A stretch of DNA of 64,000 bases, from assembly GCF_036567905.1 (NCBI RefSeq), contig NZ_DATCTO010000034.1, positions 10,085 through 74,084 on the forward strand. Direction: 5' to 3'. The stretch is from Candidatus Binatus sp. GTDB lineage: Bacteria; Desulfobacterota; Binatia; Binatales; Binataceae. A program made the position numbers and the translations under genes. This document shows, one piece after another, positions 38,901 through 50,780 of the stretch; position 1 is the first letter of the stretch; the number at the start of each line of letters is the position of its first letter. The notes under the pieces are model-generated. The model was not told the DNA's origin and made no database searches. It was given only the letters and a program-made list of their open reading frames with translations.

Positions 38901-41900
38901 CGAGGCATTCTGCAGTACGAACATCACCTGGAAGAGCGGGTTGCGGCTTAAATCTCTCGTCGGGTGCAATTCCTCTACCAGCCTCTCAAAGGGCAGGTCC
39001 TGATGGGCATACGCTCCCAGACACACTTCACGTACCCGGCGTAATAGATTCCGGAAAGTGGGATTGTCGGAGAAGTCAGTGCGCAGAACAAGCGTGTTTA
39101 CGAAAAAGCCTATTAGGCCTTCGATCTCCAGGCGGTTACGGTTGGCGGTTGGCGTTCCTACAACGACGTCGTCTTGATCCGTGTATCCGTGCAACAAAAG
39201 TTGGAATGCCGCCAGTAGGGTCATGAACAAAGTAACCCCTTCCTGGCGACTTAACGCCTTCAACGCATCGCCCAAGGCCTTAGGCAATAGAATAGCTTGG
39301 TGCGCACCGTGAAAGGTCTGTAGAGCCGGCCTCGGATGGTCCGTGAGGACCTCGAGCAGCGGAGGCGCGCCAAGCAATTGGTGCTTCCAATAGGCAAGCT
39401 GAGTGTCCAGGACCTCGTCCTGCAACCAAATTCTCTGCCAATGAGCAAAATCTGCATATTGGATGGGTAGCTCAGGCAGCGATGCGGGCCTATCGGAACA
39501 AAAGGCATCGTAGAGTACCGCCATCTCCCGGATCAGGATTCCGGTTGACCACCCGTCGGAAACGATATGGTGCATCGTCAGCAGCCCGACGTGCTCGGCT
39601 TCACCCAGCCGGAGCACTGTAGCCCGCACGAGCGGACCTTCGGCCAAATCGAAGGGCCGCCGCGCCTCGTTGGTCGCAAGCCGCTGGACCTCGCTCTCCC
39701 GCTCGGGCTCAGGCAGCTCTCGCAAATCTACTATCGGCAGCGTCAACGATAGAAGCGGTGCGATAACCTGAACCGGGCGACCATCCACAATGGCAAAGGT
39801 CGTTCGCAGGGCTTCATGGCGCTTCACGATTTCGTCGAGACTTTGCTTCAGCGCCGCCATGTTGAGTGGTCCCTTGAGACGGACGGCGGCAGGGAAATTA
39901 TAGACAGAGCCGCCCGGCTCGAGCTGATCGATGAACCATAGCCGCTGTTGTGCAAAGGACAGAGGTAGTTCCCCGTCCCGAGGAACAGGCACGATGGGGG
40001 AAGCCAGTAGTCCTGCTCCGCAGCCTACATCAATGCTTTCAGCCAGGCCGGCAACGGTGGGCGCTTCGAACAGGCGGCGCAGCGGCATCTCCACCTGGAA
40101 GGCTTCGCGGATTCGGGAAACGACCTGGGTAGCCAACAGCGAGTGCCCACCTAGCTGAAAAAAGTTATCGTAGATGCCCACCCGTTCGACGCTCAGGACC
40201 TGGCTCCATATCGTGGCGAGCAGCTCTTCCGTAGGCGTGCGACATGCCACGAATACCTGGTCCAGCTCGGGCCGCCGGTCATCGGGTGTCGGCAGTGCGC
40301 GGCGGTTTACCTTACCGTTAGCGGTCAGCGGGAAGGCGTCCAGTAGCACGAAGACCGCTGGCACCATGTGCTCGGGCAGCTTGTCCTTTAGAAAACTGCG
40401 CAGCTCGCTGGCGGTGGGACGTGACTCTCGCTCGGCGACTACATAGGCCACCAGCCGTTTCGCTCCGGCCCCAACTTCCTGAGCCTGTACAATAGCCTGC
40501 AGCACGGCCGGGTGCTGTCCGAGTGTCCCCTCGATTTCGCCAGGCTCGATTCGGAACCCGCGGATCTTGACCTGATGATCGCTACGACCCAGGAACTCGA
40601 TGTTTCCGTCCGGCCGGTAGAGCGCGAGGTCCCCGGTCTTATACAGCCGCGCTCCCGGCTGCCCGCTGAAGGGATCTGGAATAAACTTCTCAGCGGTCAA
40701 ATCAGGGCGCCTGACATAGCCTCGCGCCATGCCCACGCCGCCGATGTACAAGTTACCCGCGACGCCGATCGGAAGCAGGCGAAGCAGGTCATCTAAAATA
40801 TATGCTTGTGCGTTCGGTATAGGTCGTCCGATAGGAGCTGCACAATCAGGGCTGTATTCTTCGCACGGCCAATATGTAGAATCGATGATTGTCTCAGTCG
40901 GCCCATACACATTGTACAGCTTCGCCCCAACGCGGCTTTGGAGCCGCGTGACGATCTGGGGCGCCAACGCCTCACCGCCGCACATCACAGCGCGCAGGGC
41001 GAGGCTTTCGTCGAAGGCGGGCTCCTCAACCAGAAGCCGGAGAAGCGATGGCACGCAGTGAAGAATTGAGATTCGCTCGCTGCGGATGGTGTCTGCCAGG
41101 TATCGGCTATCACGATGACCGCCAGGTTCCGCAACTATCAGGGTTCCTCCCGCCAACAGCGTCGCGAGCAATTCGCGTCCAGCGGCATCGAAGGTGATGG
41201 GAGTCTTCAAAAGACAGCGGTCGCTGGATGACAGCTCCAGTGTCTCCATTATCCAGTTGACAGCATTAGTCAGTCCGCCGTGTTCGACCATTACTCCCTT
41301 CGGCTGTCCGGTCGAACCTGAAGTGTAAATCACGTACGCGAGGCTTTTGGCGGTTGCGTTAGCCTGCGGGATGTTTTCGCCATGCCTGGCGATGGTTTCC
41401 CAGTCCGAATCCACGCACACCACCGCGATTCCAAGCTCCGGCATAATGTTCCGCAGAGTTTTCTGAGTCAGCAGCACCTGCGCGCGAGCATCTTCCATCA
41501 CGTAGGCTATGCGCTCTTTGGGATACTCCGGATCCAACGGCACGTAAGCTCCGCCCGCCTTAAGAATGCCAAGGATCCCCACGACCATCTCCAGCGAACG
41601 GTCCATGCAGATTGCGACTGGAACTTCCGCTCCGACACCGAGACCTTGCAGGTGATACGCAAGTTGATTGGCGCGAGCCTCGAGTTCAGCGTAGGTCAAA
41701 CGGCGGTTCTGAAAAACGAGCGCTACATTCTCTGGCTGTTGCCGGGCCCGTTGCGCGAAGAGCTCGTGGATACACTTGCTTTCAGGGTAGTCGGTTCGCC
41801 TATCGTTGAACTCAACCAGCAGCTGGCGCTGCTCGTCGGGGCTCACGATATCCAGATCTGCGATTGGCGATTCCGGATTTGCGCAGACACTCTCGAGCAG

Positions 41901-43196
41901 AGTGCGGAACTCTTGCGCCAGGCGGTCGACATCCTCCGCGCTAAAAAAGCTGGAATCGTAGTGAAGCTCCGCGACCAGAAGGCCCCCTCGCTGCGGGCAG
42001 GAGAGTTTCAACTTGAACCGGTCAAAACAGCTGTATTGCTTCTGAATGGAAAATATCGTGGCGCCCTCGGTATGATTCGCGTCCGCATCCTGGAATTCAA
42101 AAGCTACCGGAAAGAAGCGGCACGGCTCGATTTCGGCATCCAATCGAGTAAGTTGTTCAGAGTCGAAATACTCCTGCCATTCAACGGCTTCTCGCGCCGA
42201 TCTATTAGTCCGTTCCAGAACTTCACTGAACCGAAGCTGCTCTTCGAGCTGGAATTGAACAGGCAAAGTCTTTGCAAACGGGCCCAGCGCTTCCTGCAGC
42301 CCTTCGTAAGTACGCCCATCGCACGCCAAGCCGACCACAAAGTCTGATTCGCCAGTGAGACGCCAGAGCAGGATTTGCCAACAAGCCAGGAAGAACGCAG
42401 AGGCCGAAGCATCATACCTGGCCACGAGCTTTTTAATCTTCGGGGTCAACTCAAGATTGACCGGCGACGCCAGAATCCGGGGCTCGAAGGCCGCCCTTGC
42501 GGAAGGTCGCTTTTCGAAAGAAAACTTCGGAACGCGGAAAGCTGAGCCGTCCGCTTCGCGCCAGTGTTTATTTCCTTCGTGCGTTTCTTCCGATTCCAAC
42601 AAGTTATTTTCCCACTCGGCGAGATCGGCATATTGACTGGGGTCGCCTGATGGTTCCTCGCAACGTACGAAACCGGAATAGCGGCGGCTAATCTCACGCA
42701 CCAGAATCCTGAGCGATGCCGCATCCGCACACAGCGATGGCAGATTGACGAGCAACATGTGCCGGTCGGCCGCAAGGGTCAGCAAAGAGATGCGCAGAAC
42801 CGGACCGTTCGCAAGGTCGAAGGGAATCCGGCCAACCTTCTCAAACAGCGCCTCGATTTCCGCCTCTTGGCGTGAGGTGTCCCGGTTGCTCAAGTTGCAT
42901 TCCTCTATCCAGGGCGCACTTTGCTCGTTCACCGCCTGGAGAGGAATGTTTGTTCCCTGCGGACAACGAAAGCCGGTTCGGAGGATCTCGTACCGGTCGG
43001 AGATGTCCCGCAGGACAGCCTTTAGAACCTGCAGGTTGAGGCTGCCCTCGATGAGGACGGCGCATTGCGCACGATACGGCAGTTGGTCGCCGGCCTGCTG
43101 CAGTGACCACAGATGCCTCTGCTGAGGTGAAAGCCGGAACCCTTCGATCACGTCCATTTGCATTCGAGTAATTCTACTTTCGCGCGACGGCTTCAA
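35928..43196 (-). CDS. bimodular NRPS: C*(non-canonical)-A-T-C-A-T-TE
   Basis: 2422 aa, counted by hand. C* spans about aa 15-455 (nt 43154-41832), with [12 protein letters not shown] where HHxxxDG is expected. A1 is aa 475-975 (41774-40272; [28 protein letters not shown]-like, GKVNR). T1 is GGHS(1019)L. C2 is aa 1075-1510 (39974-38667; [10 protein letters not shown]). A2 is aa 1535-2040 (38594-37077). T2 is GGHS(2089)L. TE is aa 2145-2400 (36764-35997; GGWS(2219)MGG). Confidence 0.95.
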   Translation of the reverse strand: MKPSRESRITRMQMDVIEGFRLSPQQRHLWSLQQAGDQLPYRAQCAVLIEGSLNLQVLKAVLRDISDRYEILRTGFRCPQGTNIPLQAVNEQSAPWIEECNLSNRDTSRQEAEIEALFEKVGRIPFDLANGPVLRISLLTLAADRHMLLVNLPSLCADAASLRILVREISRRYSGFVRCEEPSGDPSQYADLAEWENNLLESEETHEGNKHWREADGSAFRVPKFSFEKRPSARAAFEPRILASPVNLELTPKIKKLVARYDASASAFFLACWQILLWRLTGESDFVVGLACDGRTYEGLQEALGPFAKTLPVQFQLEEQLRFSEVLERTNRSAREAVEWQEYFDSEQLTRLDAEIEPCRFFPVAFEFQDADANHTEGATIFSIQKQYSCFDRFKLKLSCPQRGGLLVAELHYDSSFFSAEDVDRLAQEFRTLLESVCANPESPIADLDIVSPDEQRQLLVEFNDRRTDYPESKCIHELFAQRARQQPENVALVFQNRRLTYAELEARANQLAYHLQGLGVGAEVPVAICMDRSLEMVVGILGILKAGGAYVPLDPEYPKERIAYVMEDARAQVLLTQKTLRNIMPELGIAVVCVDSDWETIARHGENIPQANATAKSLAYVIYTSGSTGQPKGVMVEHGGLTNAVNWIMETLELSSSDRCLLKTPITFDAAGRELLATLLAGGTLIVAEPGGHRDSRYLADTIRSERISILHCVPSLLRLLVEEPAFDESLALRAVMCGGEALAPQIVTRLQSRVGAKLYNVYGPTETIIDSTYWPCEEYSPDCAAPIGRPIPNAQAYILDDLLRLLPIGVAGNLYIGGVGMARGYVRRPDLTAEKFIPDPFSGQPGARLYKTGDLALYRPDGNIEFLGRSDHQVKIRGFRIEPGEIEGTLGQHPAVLQAIVQAQEVGAGAKRLVAYVVAERESRPTASELRSFLKDKLPEHMVPAVFVLLDAFPLTANGKVNRRALPTPDDRRPELDQVFVACRTPTEELLATIWSQVLSVERVGIYDNFFQLGGHSLLATQVVSRIREAFQVEMPLRRLFEAPTVAGLAESIDVGCGAGLLASPIVPVPRDGELPLSFAQQRLWFIDQLEPGGSVYNFPAAVRLKGPLNMAALKQSLDEIVKRHEALRTTFAIVDGRPVQVIAPLLSLTLPIVDLRELPEPERESEVQRLATNEARRPFDLAEGPLVRATVLRLGEAEHVGLLTMHHIVSDGWSTGILIREMAVLYDAFCSDRPASLPELPIQYADFAHWQRIWLQDEVLDTQLAYWKHQLLGAPPLLEVLTDHPRPALQTFHGAHQAILLPKALGDALKALSRQEGVTLFMTLLAAFQLLLHGYTDQDDVVVGTPTANRNRLEIEGLIGFFVNTLVLRTDFSDNPTFRNLLRRVREVCLGAYAHQDLPFERLVEELHPTRDLSRNPLFQVMFVLQNASLQPVELPGLSLSPVEVDTGTTHFDLTMHIVDTDQGLVGTLAYNTDLFEAVTITRMLGCFRTLLEAVAATPERRVSDLPLITETERQQLLVDWNDNRADCPKGLCIHQLFEAQVARTPDATALVLENQQLTYDELNRRANQLANHLRLLGVRPELPVAICLKPSVEMVVGLLGILKAGGVYLPLDPAYPKERLAFMLEDAEVPVILTREALLVGLPEHHAKVVCLDSDSEVITQRSKENPVCLTTPENLAYVIYTSGSTGQPKGVLVSHASIAAHCLSVQRYYELDSSDKVLQFASLSFDVSLEQMLPTLIVGATLVMMTTDVWRTTAFYKVSSECGLTVLNIPTGYWQELAREWADVSELVPNIQPRVFIVGGDTMLPEFLDLWQRTPMSSIRLINAYGPTETTITATAFEVASRLREPSALHRIPIGRPLTNRETYILNKYGDPVPVGVPGELYIGGDCLARGYLKRPDLTARNFVPNPFSSEPGTRLYKTGDLARYLFDGNIEFLGRIDDQVKIRGFRIELGEIEAALRQHPAVRETVVLAWENAPGEKKLVAYVVAEGESPPTASELRVFLKERLPNYMMPAVFVPLGALPLMRNGKVNRSALPEPGRARFEPGRSFVAPRNALERQLTSLWEEVLGIRPIGVTDNFFELGGHSLAAVRLFSLIEKRLGKKVPLATVFQGATVEHLAKILHQHAKVPPHSSLVAIQPGGNRRPFFLIHPAGGHVFPYVHLAHYLGSNQPSYGLQARGLEEGQEPHARIEDMAAYYIEALRTVQPWGPYLLGGWSMGGVVALEMAQQFQAQGQTVALLALLDTRIPTADEELDDEDFDARLLIDFVRYFGLSLDLRDSLARLPKHELLERVLEHAKRAGLMPSDIDVSQAQPFIELCKADFRATQNYALHRYPGRITLFKAGQELAGTSSDPALGWSDWAAGGVDVHIVPGNHATMVYKPHVEVLAEKLRACLDQAQATEGWFADGANPPIRSMKDAI

Positions 43197-44757
43197 TGCT
43201 CGGTTGCGACGGTATGAGGTTCTTGCGCTTGACGTGTTTCAGTTTTTGAAGATTAACTTCCTGCTGCTCCTTGCGGACAGCAACCCGTTGCTGCCGGTCC
43301 GCTGCGGCGAGCGTTAGCTTGAGTGCGTCCAGTCTGGTGGTCGGTTCTTGAAGTATGCGGCGCAGAAGTATTTCGAAATGCTGCGACATGCGGGCAATCG
43401 TCGCGTTATCAAACAGGTCGCTGTTGTAGCGCATCGAGGCGGAAAGCGATTCGGGCGTTTCGATTATCAACAACACCAGGTCGAGAGTGGCGGCGCGGCG
43501 TTCGAGCGCCACCGACTCCATAACAAGTCCCCCGGAATTCATGCGCAGCCCTGTTTCGGCCGCCAGAAATGGAGACGCGCCCTGTTGCGCGATCCGGTGG
43601 GGCTTGTCGAGCACGAACATCACCTGGCACAGAGGTGGGCGGCTGAGTTCGCGGGGCGGCCGTAGGCGCTCAACCAATAGAACGGTAGGGTAATCCTGAT
43701 GCTCGAGAGCCGCCAGCACATTGAGGCGAACCTGGCCAAGAAATACCCCGAACGCAGGGTTCCCGGAAAGATTCGCCCTTAAGACTACGGGGTTCGTAAA
43801 GAGGCCGACTATACCTTCGAACTCCGCCCGGCTCCTACCCACCATAGGAGTTCCCACCAATAGGTCTTCCTGGCCGCTATTGTAAGAAAGCACCACCTGG
43901 AACGCTGCCAGAAGCACCATGTACAGCGTCGCTCCATGAGCCTTGGCGAGAGCCTTGAGCCCGGAGCTCAGCTCCGCGTCCATAGTGAAGTCGTGCGATG
44001 CCCCCTGATAAGTCGGAACCGCCGGACGCGGCCGATCGGTCGGAAGGTCCAGGATGGGCAGCTGGCCGGCCAGTTGCTCGCGCCAGTATGCCCATAGCCG
44101 CTCTCCATCCGGGCCTGCCAGCATCTCGGCCTGCCAACGGACATAGTCAGTGTATTGCAGATCAAGAGGAGGCAGATGCGCTTTCACACCGGCGCTTTCC
44201 GCCGGGTATAGGACGCCGAGTTCATCCAAAAGTATCGCGAGAGACCAGAAGTCGATCGCTATGTGATGCACGACCAGCAGAAGGATATGTTCCCGCGCCG
44301 AGCGCATGATCAGGCTCACGCGCAGCAACGGCCCTCGTTCCAGATCAAACGGGCGATACGCTTCCTCGAGCAGCCGGGCGTTCAGTTCGTCGCCGCTCCA
44401 GGCCGAGCCATCCACTTCCTCGAGGCTAACCTTCAGGTGTTCGTGGACCTGCTGGGCCGGTTTGCCGGAGTGTGCGGGAAAAGTAGTGCGCAGCGAAGGA
44501 TGGCGATCGACCAACCTCTGCAACGCGCGTCGCAGTGCCGCAACATTTACGCCGGACGAGATACGTGCCGCAAAATTGACGTTGTAAACCGCGCTATCCG
44601 GCGCCAGTTGATAAAGAAACCAAATGCCCTGCTGATTGTACGAGAGAGGATAAAGTGATTTGGAGTCGCGCGCCTGCTTGCGAAGAAGCTCGGCAAGGAG
44701 CGCCCGCTTTTCGCCCGGTGAAAGATCGGTGATTCGCCTGGAAGTGCTGCTATTCAC
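43174..44757 (-). CDS. free-standing condensation (C) domain protein
   Basis: 527 aa; LSYNQQGIWFLYQ..., active-site HHIAIDFWS (aa 164-172) and a C-terminal charged helical tail. It overlaps the PKS stop by 4 nt and the NRPS start by 23 nt. Confidence 0.9.
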   Translation of the reverse strand: MNSSTSRRITDLSPGEKRALLAELLRKQARDSKSLYPLSYNQQGIWFLYQLAPDSAVYNVNFAARISSGVNVAALRRALQRLVDRHPSLRTTFPAHSGKPAQQVHEHLKVSLEEVDGSAWSGDELNARLLEEAYRPFDLERGPLLRVSLIMRSAREHILLLVVHHIAIDFWSLAILLDELGVLYPAESAGVKAHLPPLDLQYTDYVRWQAEMLAGPDGERLWAYWREQLAGQLPILDLPTDRPRPAVPTYQGASHDFTMDAELSSGLKALAKAHGATLYMVLLAAFQVVLSYNSGQEDLLVGTPMVGRSRAEFEGIVGLFTNPVVLRANLSGNPAFGVFLGQVRLNVLAALEHQDYPTVLLVERLRPPRELSRPPLCQVMFVLDKPHRIAQQGASPFLAAETGLRMNSGGLVMESVALERRAATLDLVLLIIETPESLSASMRYNSDLFDNATIARMSQHFEILLRRILQEPTTRLDALKLTLAAADRQQRVAVRKEQQEVNLQKLKHVKRKNLIPSQPSIEAVARK

Positions 44758-47700
44758 TTTCCACCGACTTCCTCTTTAGCCAATAGATCAGCGAGCAACG
44801 AATTCACTTCCTCATCCGAATACTGGTCGAGATTATCCAACAGATGCTCATCGACGCCGCCGTTTCCTTGCTGCCCCTGGAGGTGGCCATTTGCCGAGGC
44901 AAGAGCAGCTGATGAGTCAGGAGTCTCAGATGTAAGCAGATGAAGCAGTTGCGACGCAGCCTGTTCGACGCTGGGTCCCGAGAGAAACGTAACCATCGGC
45001 ACGTTCACGCCCAGCTCCACCGCGATCCGGTTCTTCAACTCGACCGCCATCAAGGAGTCCAGTCCCAGATTGCTGAGCGGTTGCTCTAGGTCCAGCCTGG
45101 ATGCGGGCAACCCAAGCACACGAGCCACCAGCTCAGTCAGATGGGACCGGATTAATTGAAGGCGTTCCGCCGGCTCTGCGGCAAGGATCGTATTTCGCTT
45201 CTCGGCGGAATGACCCGCTTGGGGCGAGTTGTCTGCTTCCTCACGTGCGAGCTCAGAAAGCAGCGGTGGTTGTGTTCCCGCAGGAAAAAACTGGCGATAG
45301 AGCGCCCAGTCAACGGGTACGGCCGCGACCTGGGTCGAGCCTTGACGAAGCAGGCGTTCCATCACGTCCAGCGCTTGTGCGGGTGCGATGCTCCTGATTC
45401 CCGCCAGCGCGAGGCGCGCGGCAAGGCGTTTTCCTCCCGCAGTTTCCGCGAAGCCCAATCCGCTCCATGCTCCCCAGTTGATGCTCAGCGCCGGTTTGCC
45501 TAGCGCCCGTCGATGATGAGCCAGTGCGTCGAGGAAGGCGTTTGCCGCCGCGTAGTTCCCCTGGCCAGGCTGGCCTAAGAGGGAACCGGCGGACGAAAAA
45601 AGTACAAAGAAGTCCAAGGGGTCGTCTTTGAGGAGTCGATCCAGCAGCCAGCCGCCGATCATCTTGGGCCGCATGACCGAATCCATTGCCGCCGTATCGA
45701 GTTGCGCCAGCAGTCCGTCCTGCAATACTCCCGCCGCGTGCACTACGCCTCGGATCGGCGGCCAACCCTCGGCTCGAAACTCATCTATGTAGGCGCGTAA
45801 CTGTCCTTCATCAGCCACGTCCACCGAGGCCAGATGCACGCTCGCTCCCAAAGCTTCCAGCTCGCGAATCGCGGCAATTTGATGGGCCAGGCGGCTTCCC
45901 GGTTCCGCTGAGTTCCATCGCGCGCGCGGTGGAAGCCTGGTGCGTCCCATAAGGATCAGCCGGCGCGCCCCTTGCTCTACCATCCAGCGGGCGACCGAAA
46001 GGCCCAGGTCTCCGAGCCCTCCGGTGATCAAGTAGCTGCAGTCAGCGCGCCAGCCAAGTGGAGCGCGCTGCGTGGCGCAACGAGGTTTGCGGATCAAGCG
46101 GGCTGCGTGTCGCCGACCTTGCCGGAACGCAATCTGATCCTCGCCGTCCGGAGCGGAGATTTCTTTCCACAACTGATGAGCGGCATCGCCGGGAACCGAA
46201 GGCCTGGGTTCCAGGTCCATCAGACCTCCCCAGAACATGGGATGCTCCTGAGCGACAACGCGACCCAATCCCCAAAGAGGCGATTGAGCCGTGTCCAGGG
46301 GCAAGGTCTCTTCCCCCGCCGGCTGTGCGCCGCGTGTGATCAGCCACAGGCGGGGTAAGTTACTGCGTTCGACCCGAGCCAGCTCCTGCACTAACTGTAA
46401 TACACTGTTACAGCCAAGAGTCTGAACTGTCTTCAGCGAAGCGACGGTAGAGTCCTGTGGAAGGGACGCATCAAGGCTCCAGAGATGCACAACCGCCCGG
46501 CAGATCGGCTGATCCTGCGCCAATGCCGCATCGAGAAGCTGTCGCATGTCCTGCGGTCGTTCGGCATTGATGCGAAAATGCTCGCCGTCCGTGCGCTCGT
46601 ACGATTCGCCGCGCGTGACAACGATGATGTTGTCTCCTTGCGCCTTGATCAGTGCTCCAAGCTTTTCTCCGACGCCGCTGCTGTCGGCAAAGATAAGCCA
46701 GTTGCCCGGGCTGGCGGGCGCGGACGGTTCCGGGGCCGGCTGCTCATTCGAACGCTCTCTTGGCTGCCACTGAAATTCGTAGAGCCAGTCGTCAATATTC
46801 TCATCGGCGCCGCGCTTTGGATCGCGGCCGATGCTATCGAAGCGCAGTCCTACAATTTCGACCGCAACATGGCCAGTTTCATCCAGGAGCCGCACGTCTC
46901 CCTTGACGCTGCCGGCGTCGGGTTCTTGCAGATGGGCGTGACTCCAGAGATGCAAAGCCGGAGCACCATGGACCCGAATCTCATCTATATGAGTGGGCAT
47001 GTAGGCGCCCTGTTCGTCGTTTTCCGCCGCTTGAGCGGCTACACCCGCTCCTAGGGTCTGAAAGCAAGCGTCCAAGAGGGCAGGGTGGAATTGACAGGCG
47101 TCGAACTCTCGATGCGATCCATCGGGGACTTGCACTTCACCGAGCATTTCACCATTGCATCGCCACAACTGAGTAATGCTCTGGAAAGACGGGCCATAGG
47201 CGACGCCACTTTCGCCAAGCCTGAGGTAGTAGTCTTGTCCTGAGATCTGTTCCGAGCATCGAGCCTGGACTTGAGCCGGCGCTTCGGGTTCGATAACCGA
47301 GGCAATGCCGGGGGCCGGCTCAGGACAAATCTTTGCCGTCGCATGTAGCGTCCACGATCGATTGGCTTGCTCCGCGTCGCGCGGGCAACTGTAGATATGA
47401 AGGGATGCGGCGGCGTCGGCGCCGGGAGAGAGGATCACCTGAAGGGTCAGAGTTGCGCCGTCGGGGACGAAGAGCGCTTTGCGGAATTCCACATCTTTCA
47501 GCACAAAGGACTGCGACGGGAACGCCTCAGCCGCGGCCTCCAACGCCATCTCGACATAGAGCGCGGCGGGAAGCACCGCGAGTCCTTCGACGCGATGGTC
47601 ATCCAGGTAGGACAGCGCGCTTCTGTTCAGAGCGCTCTCCCAGAAGTGGGTTTCGGTCTGCGCGGATTTGAAATGCCGGCCGAGAAGAGAATGCTTCGCG

Positions 47701-50700
47701 GCTCCATCGCTCGAGACGTACTGCAATCGACCGCGGATATCTCCCGCCGGCGGGTCCATCCAACAACGCTCCCGATCCCATGGATAGGACGGAAGCTGAA
47801 CGGATCGGCCCGGTGTAGGATAGATGCGGCTCCACTCGATCGGATAACCCGAGGTATAAAGGGCGCCCAGCGACCCGGCTAATACTTTAGCTTCTTCTTC
47901 CTCGTGCCTTAGCGACGGGATTACCGCGCCTTCTATCCCGGCGCGGCGAAATTCCTGCTGAATGCTACTGAGTAGAATGGGATGCGGACTGAGCTCCAGA
48001 AAAATGTCATGTCCGTCTTTCAGCAAGCGCTGAACCGCAGTTGAAAAGAGGACCGGTTCTCTGAGGTTGCGGCTCCAATAGGGCGGGTCGAAGCTCAAGC
48101 CGTCGGCAAGCTGGCCGGTTACCGTAGAGTAGATCGGCAGCGGAGCGGGCCGAGGCTGTAGTCCTTCCAGCGCGCGCTCCAGGTCAGCGCGCAGAGGCTC
48201 CATCTGCGGACTATGAGCGGCAAAATCAACCTTGATTATTCGGCAGAAGATGTCCTGGCGCTGCAATCGACTCACGATGGTTTCGAGCGCTGCGGGATCT
48301 CCCGACAAGACCGTCGAAGTGGGACCGTTGCTGACCGCGATCGATACGCGATCTTCGAAGCCGGCAATGGCGCGCCGAGCGTCCGCGATGGAAAGGTCCA
48401 CCGCAGCCATCGCTCCGCGCCCAATCGCCGGCTTGACGAGTAGGCTGCGGCTGCATATCACCCGCGCCGCATCTTCGAGGCTTAGCGCGCCGGCGACGTG
48501 AGCGGCCGCGACCTCGCCCATGCTGTGACCCACCACCGCGTGCGGCACGATACCCCGGGAACGCCACAGGGCCGCAAGCGCCACCTGAATCGCAAACAAA
48601 GCCGGCTGCAGGACGTCGACTTCGGTCAGCCGGGAGCGGGCCGCATCGGTGGCGGAGAGTTCCGCAAGCAAGGACCAGTCTCCGTGGGGGCGCATCGCGA
48701 GGTCACAGCGTTCGATGGCTTCGGCAAAGGCGGCGTCATGCTGCAAGAGCGCCCGTCCCATCCCAAGCCATTGGGAACCTTGCCCGGGAAATACAAAGAC
48801 CAGTTTTCTCTGGCGATCGGAAAGCTTGCGGCCCGAAGACAGCCCGGGACAAAGCTCTCCGCGGGCATAAGTCTCAAGCGCATCGGCCAATTGCGATGTT
48901 GAATTGCCGGTCGCGGCGAGCCGGTACTCGTGATGACTTCGCCGCGTGCCAGCCGCGTAACAAATGTCGTAGGGCGGCGCCGTCAACTGCGGATCGATCA
49001 GGAAGTCGTGATAGCTTCGCGCGAGCGCCTGCAGCGCCGGCGCGCTGCGTGCCGACAAGGGCAGCAGGTAGGTGGACGCGGCATCGCGGGTTCCGTTCTC
49101 GCGTTGCGCAGCACGCATTTCCGAATCGAGGGTAGGAGCCGCTTGCATGACCACATGGGCGTTGGTTCCACCAAAGCCGAATGAGCTGACTCCGGCGAGC
49201 AGGGCTATATCCGGCTGCGCAGGCCATGGGCACAGCGCCGTGTTCACGCGCAGCGGGAGTCGATCGAAAGGAATATGAGGATTGGGCTCCTCGAAGTGCA
49301 GGCTTGGTGGAATCTCCCGATGGTGAAGCGCCAGCGCCACCTTGATTAATCCAGCGATACCGGCTGCGGCCTCGAGATGACCCAGGTTGGTTTTGACCGA
49401 GCCAAGGAGACATGGGCGGTCAGGAGGACGATCGAGAGCTAGCACCGCGCCCAAGGCCTTAGCCTCGATAGGATCGCCCAGGAGCGTGCCGGTGCCATGG
49501 GCCTCGACGTATTGAACATCGCCGGGCGAGACCGCGGCGCGCCTATAGGCTTCTCGCAGCACAGCTTCCTGCGCTTGAGGATTAGGAGCCATGAGTCCGT
49601 TGCTGCGTCCGTCCTGATTCATAGCACTGCCGAGAATGACGGCGTAGATCGGATCGCGATCGGCCAAGGCTTTCGATAGCGGTTTGAGGACGACGACTCC
49701 GGCGCCCTCGCTGCGGACGTAGCCGTTGGCGCGCGCGTCGAAGGCTTTGCAGCGCCCGTCGGGCGCCATCGCACCGGCCTTGCTGAAATTGATCGTAATT
49801 GCAGGCGACAGGATCAGGTTCACGCCGCCGGCCAATGCCAGAGTTGACTCTCCGCTTCTCAGGCTGTTGCAGGCTTGGTGGACCGCGACGAGTGACGATG
49901 AGCAGGCAGTGTCGAGCGCAATGCTGGGTCCGCGGAAATCGAATACGTAAGAGATACGGTTGGCCGCGATACTCAGGGCATTGCCCGTGCCGGCATAGGC
50001 GTCAATACGATCCAGGTCATTGAATTGAATCCGGCCGTAATCGTTGTTCGAGATGCCGATGAACACACCGGTGGGCGTGCCCGCAAGGCGCTCACGCACC
50101 TGTCCCGCGTCTTCCAGCGCTTCCCATGTCAACTCGAGTAGCAGGCGTTGCTGGGGATCCATGCGCGCGGCTTCTCGCGGCGAGATACCAAAGAAGCGCG
50201 CATCGAACTGATCGACGTGCTCGAGAAAACCACCCCAGCGCGTGATAATTTTGCCCGGGACCGCGGGATCAGGATCGTAAAAATCGTGCAGGTCGAAGCG
50301 ATCCGCGGGAACTTCCCGGATCGCATCGACTGCGTTGCGAAGCAGATTCCAGAAAGCTCGCGCGTCCGCTGCGCCAGGAAAGCGGCAGCCTATCCCGATG
50401 ATGGCGATCGCTTCGGCATTGGCCTCCCGAACCCGGCTCGCTTCGGCGGCCGGCGGCGACGGGCTCGACGAGTCCGCCAAACCGCGGGCGAGAGCTTCGA
50501 TGGTCGGAAACTCATATGCCAACTCGGCGGGCAGGTCTCGTCCCAGCCATTGCGCAAGGTCGCCGGAGAGACTGACCAACTCCGTCGATCCCAGTCCGTA
50601 GCTGGCGAATGGTTCCCCGACGTCGATCTCGTTCGCTCCGATTTCCAGCAGCTCGGAAAGTTTGGACACCAGCCAGGCCTGGATCGCCGCCGCGCCGGGT

Positions 50701-50780
50701 GTGGGATTGCCTTGCTCGCGCTGCCCATCGCGTTCCGCGTCATGCCGGATGGCGCCGTTAGTTTGATTTCCGGCCATCAC
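44754..50780 (-). CDS. type I PKS module: ACP-KS-AT-DH-KR-ACP
   Basis: 2008 aa, counted by hand. ACP1 is aa 31-101 (YGLGS). KS is aa 122-548 (DTAC(293)SSS, EAH(428)GTGT, NLGH(468)LE). AT is aa 660-950 (GHS(753)MGE; VDFAAHS). DH is aa 1030-1315 (H(1062)[24 protein letters not shown]). KR is aa 1355-1775 ([12 protein letters not shown] at the LDD position, SSAGS...Y(1743)AAAN). ACP2 is LGLDS(1909)L. There is an acidic C-terminal docking-like tail, and no ER or MT. Confidence 0.95.
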   Translation of the reverse strand: MMAGNQTNGAIRHDAERDGQREQGNPTPGAAAIQAWLVSKLSELLEIGANEIDVGEPFASYGLGSTELVSLSGDLAQWLGRDLPAELAYEFPTIEALARGLADSSSPSPPAAEASRVREANAEAIAIIGIGCRFPGAADARAFWNLLRNAVDAIREVPADRFDLHDFYDPDPAVPGKIITRWGGFLEHVDQFDARFFGISPREAARMDPQQRLLLELTWEALEDAGQVRERLAGTPTGVFIGISNNDYGRIQFNDLDRIDAYAGTGNALSIAANRISYVFDFRGPSIALDTACSSSLVAVHQACNSLRSGESTLALAGGVNLILSPAITINFSKAGAMAPDGRCKAFDARANGYVRSEGAGVVVLKPLSKALADRDPIYAVILGSAMNQDGRSNGLMAPNPQAQEAVLREAYRRAAVSPGDVQYVEAHGTGTLLGDPIEAKALGAVLALDRPPDRPCLLGSVKTNLGHLEAAAGIAGLIKVALALHHREIPPSLHFEEPNPHIPFDRLPLRVNTALCPWPAQPDIALLAGVSSFGFGGTNAHVVMQAAPTLDSEMRAAQRENGTRDAASTYLLPLSARSAPALQALARSYHDFLIDPQLTAPPYDICYAAGTRRSHHEYRLAATGNSTSQLADALETYARGELCPGLSSGRKLSDRQRKLVFVFPGQGSQWLGMGRALLQHDAAFAEAIERCDLAMRPHGDWSLLAELSATDAARSRLTEVDVLQPALFAIQVALAALWRSRGIVPHAVVGHSMGEVAAAHVAGALSLEDAARVICSRSLLVKPAIGRGAMAAVDLSIADARRAIAGFEDRVSIAVSNGPTSTVLSGDPAALETIVSRLQRQDIFCRIIKVDFAAHSPQMEPLRADLERALEGLQPRPAPLPIYSTVTGQLADGLSFDPPYWSRNLREPVLFSTAVQRLLKDGHDIFLELSPHPILLSSIQQEFRRAGIEGAVIPSLRHEEEEAKVLAGSLGALYTSGYPIEWSRIYPTPGRSVQLPSYPWDRERCWMDPPAGDIRGRLQYVSSDGAAKHSLLGRHFKSAQTETHFWESALNRSALSYLDDHRVEGLAVLPAALYVEMALEAAAEAFPSQSFVLKDVEFRKALFVPDGATLTLQVILSPGADAAASLHIYSCPRDAEQANRSWTLHATAKICPEPAPGIASVIEPEAPAQVQARCSEQISGQDYYLRLGESGVAYGPSFQSITQLWRCNGEMLGEVQVPDGSHREFDACQFHPALLDACFQTLGAGVAAQAAENDEQGAYMPTHIDEIRVHGAPALHLWSHAHLQEPDAGSVKGDVRLLDETGHVAVEIVGLRFDSIGRDPKRGADENIDDWLYEFQWQPRERSNEQPAPEPSAPASPGNWLIFADSSGVGEKLGALIKAQGDNIIVVTRGESYERTDGEHFRINAERPQDMRQLLDAALAQDQPICRAVVHLWSLDASLPQDSTVASLKTVQTLGCNSVLQLVQELARVERSNLPRLWLITRGAQPAGEETLPLDTAQSPLWGLGRVVAQEHPMFWGGLMDLEPRPSVPGDAAHQLWKEISAPDGEDQIAFRQGRRHAARLIRKPRCATQRAPLGWRADCSYLITGGLGDLGLSVARWMVEQGARRLILMGRTRLPPRARWNSAEPGSRLAHQIAAIRELEALGASVHLASVDVADEGQLRAYIDEFRAEGWPPIRGVVHAAGVLQDGLLAQLDTAAMDSVMRPKMIGGWLLDRLLKDDPLDFFVLFSSAGSLLGQPGQGNYAAANAFLDALAHHRRALGKPALSINWGAWSGLGFAETAGGKRLAARLALAGIRSIAPAQALDVMERLLRQGSTQVAAVPVDWALYRQFFPAGTQPPLLSELAREEADNSPQAGHSAEKRNTILAAEPAERLQLIRSHLTELVARVLGLPASRLDLEQPLSNLGLDSLMAVELKNRIAVELGVNVPMVTFLSGPSVEQAASQLLHLLTSETPDSSAALASANGHLQGQQGNGGVDEHLLDNLDQYSDEEVNSLLADLLAKEEVGGK

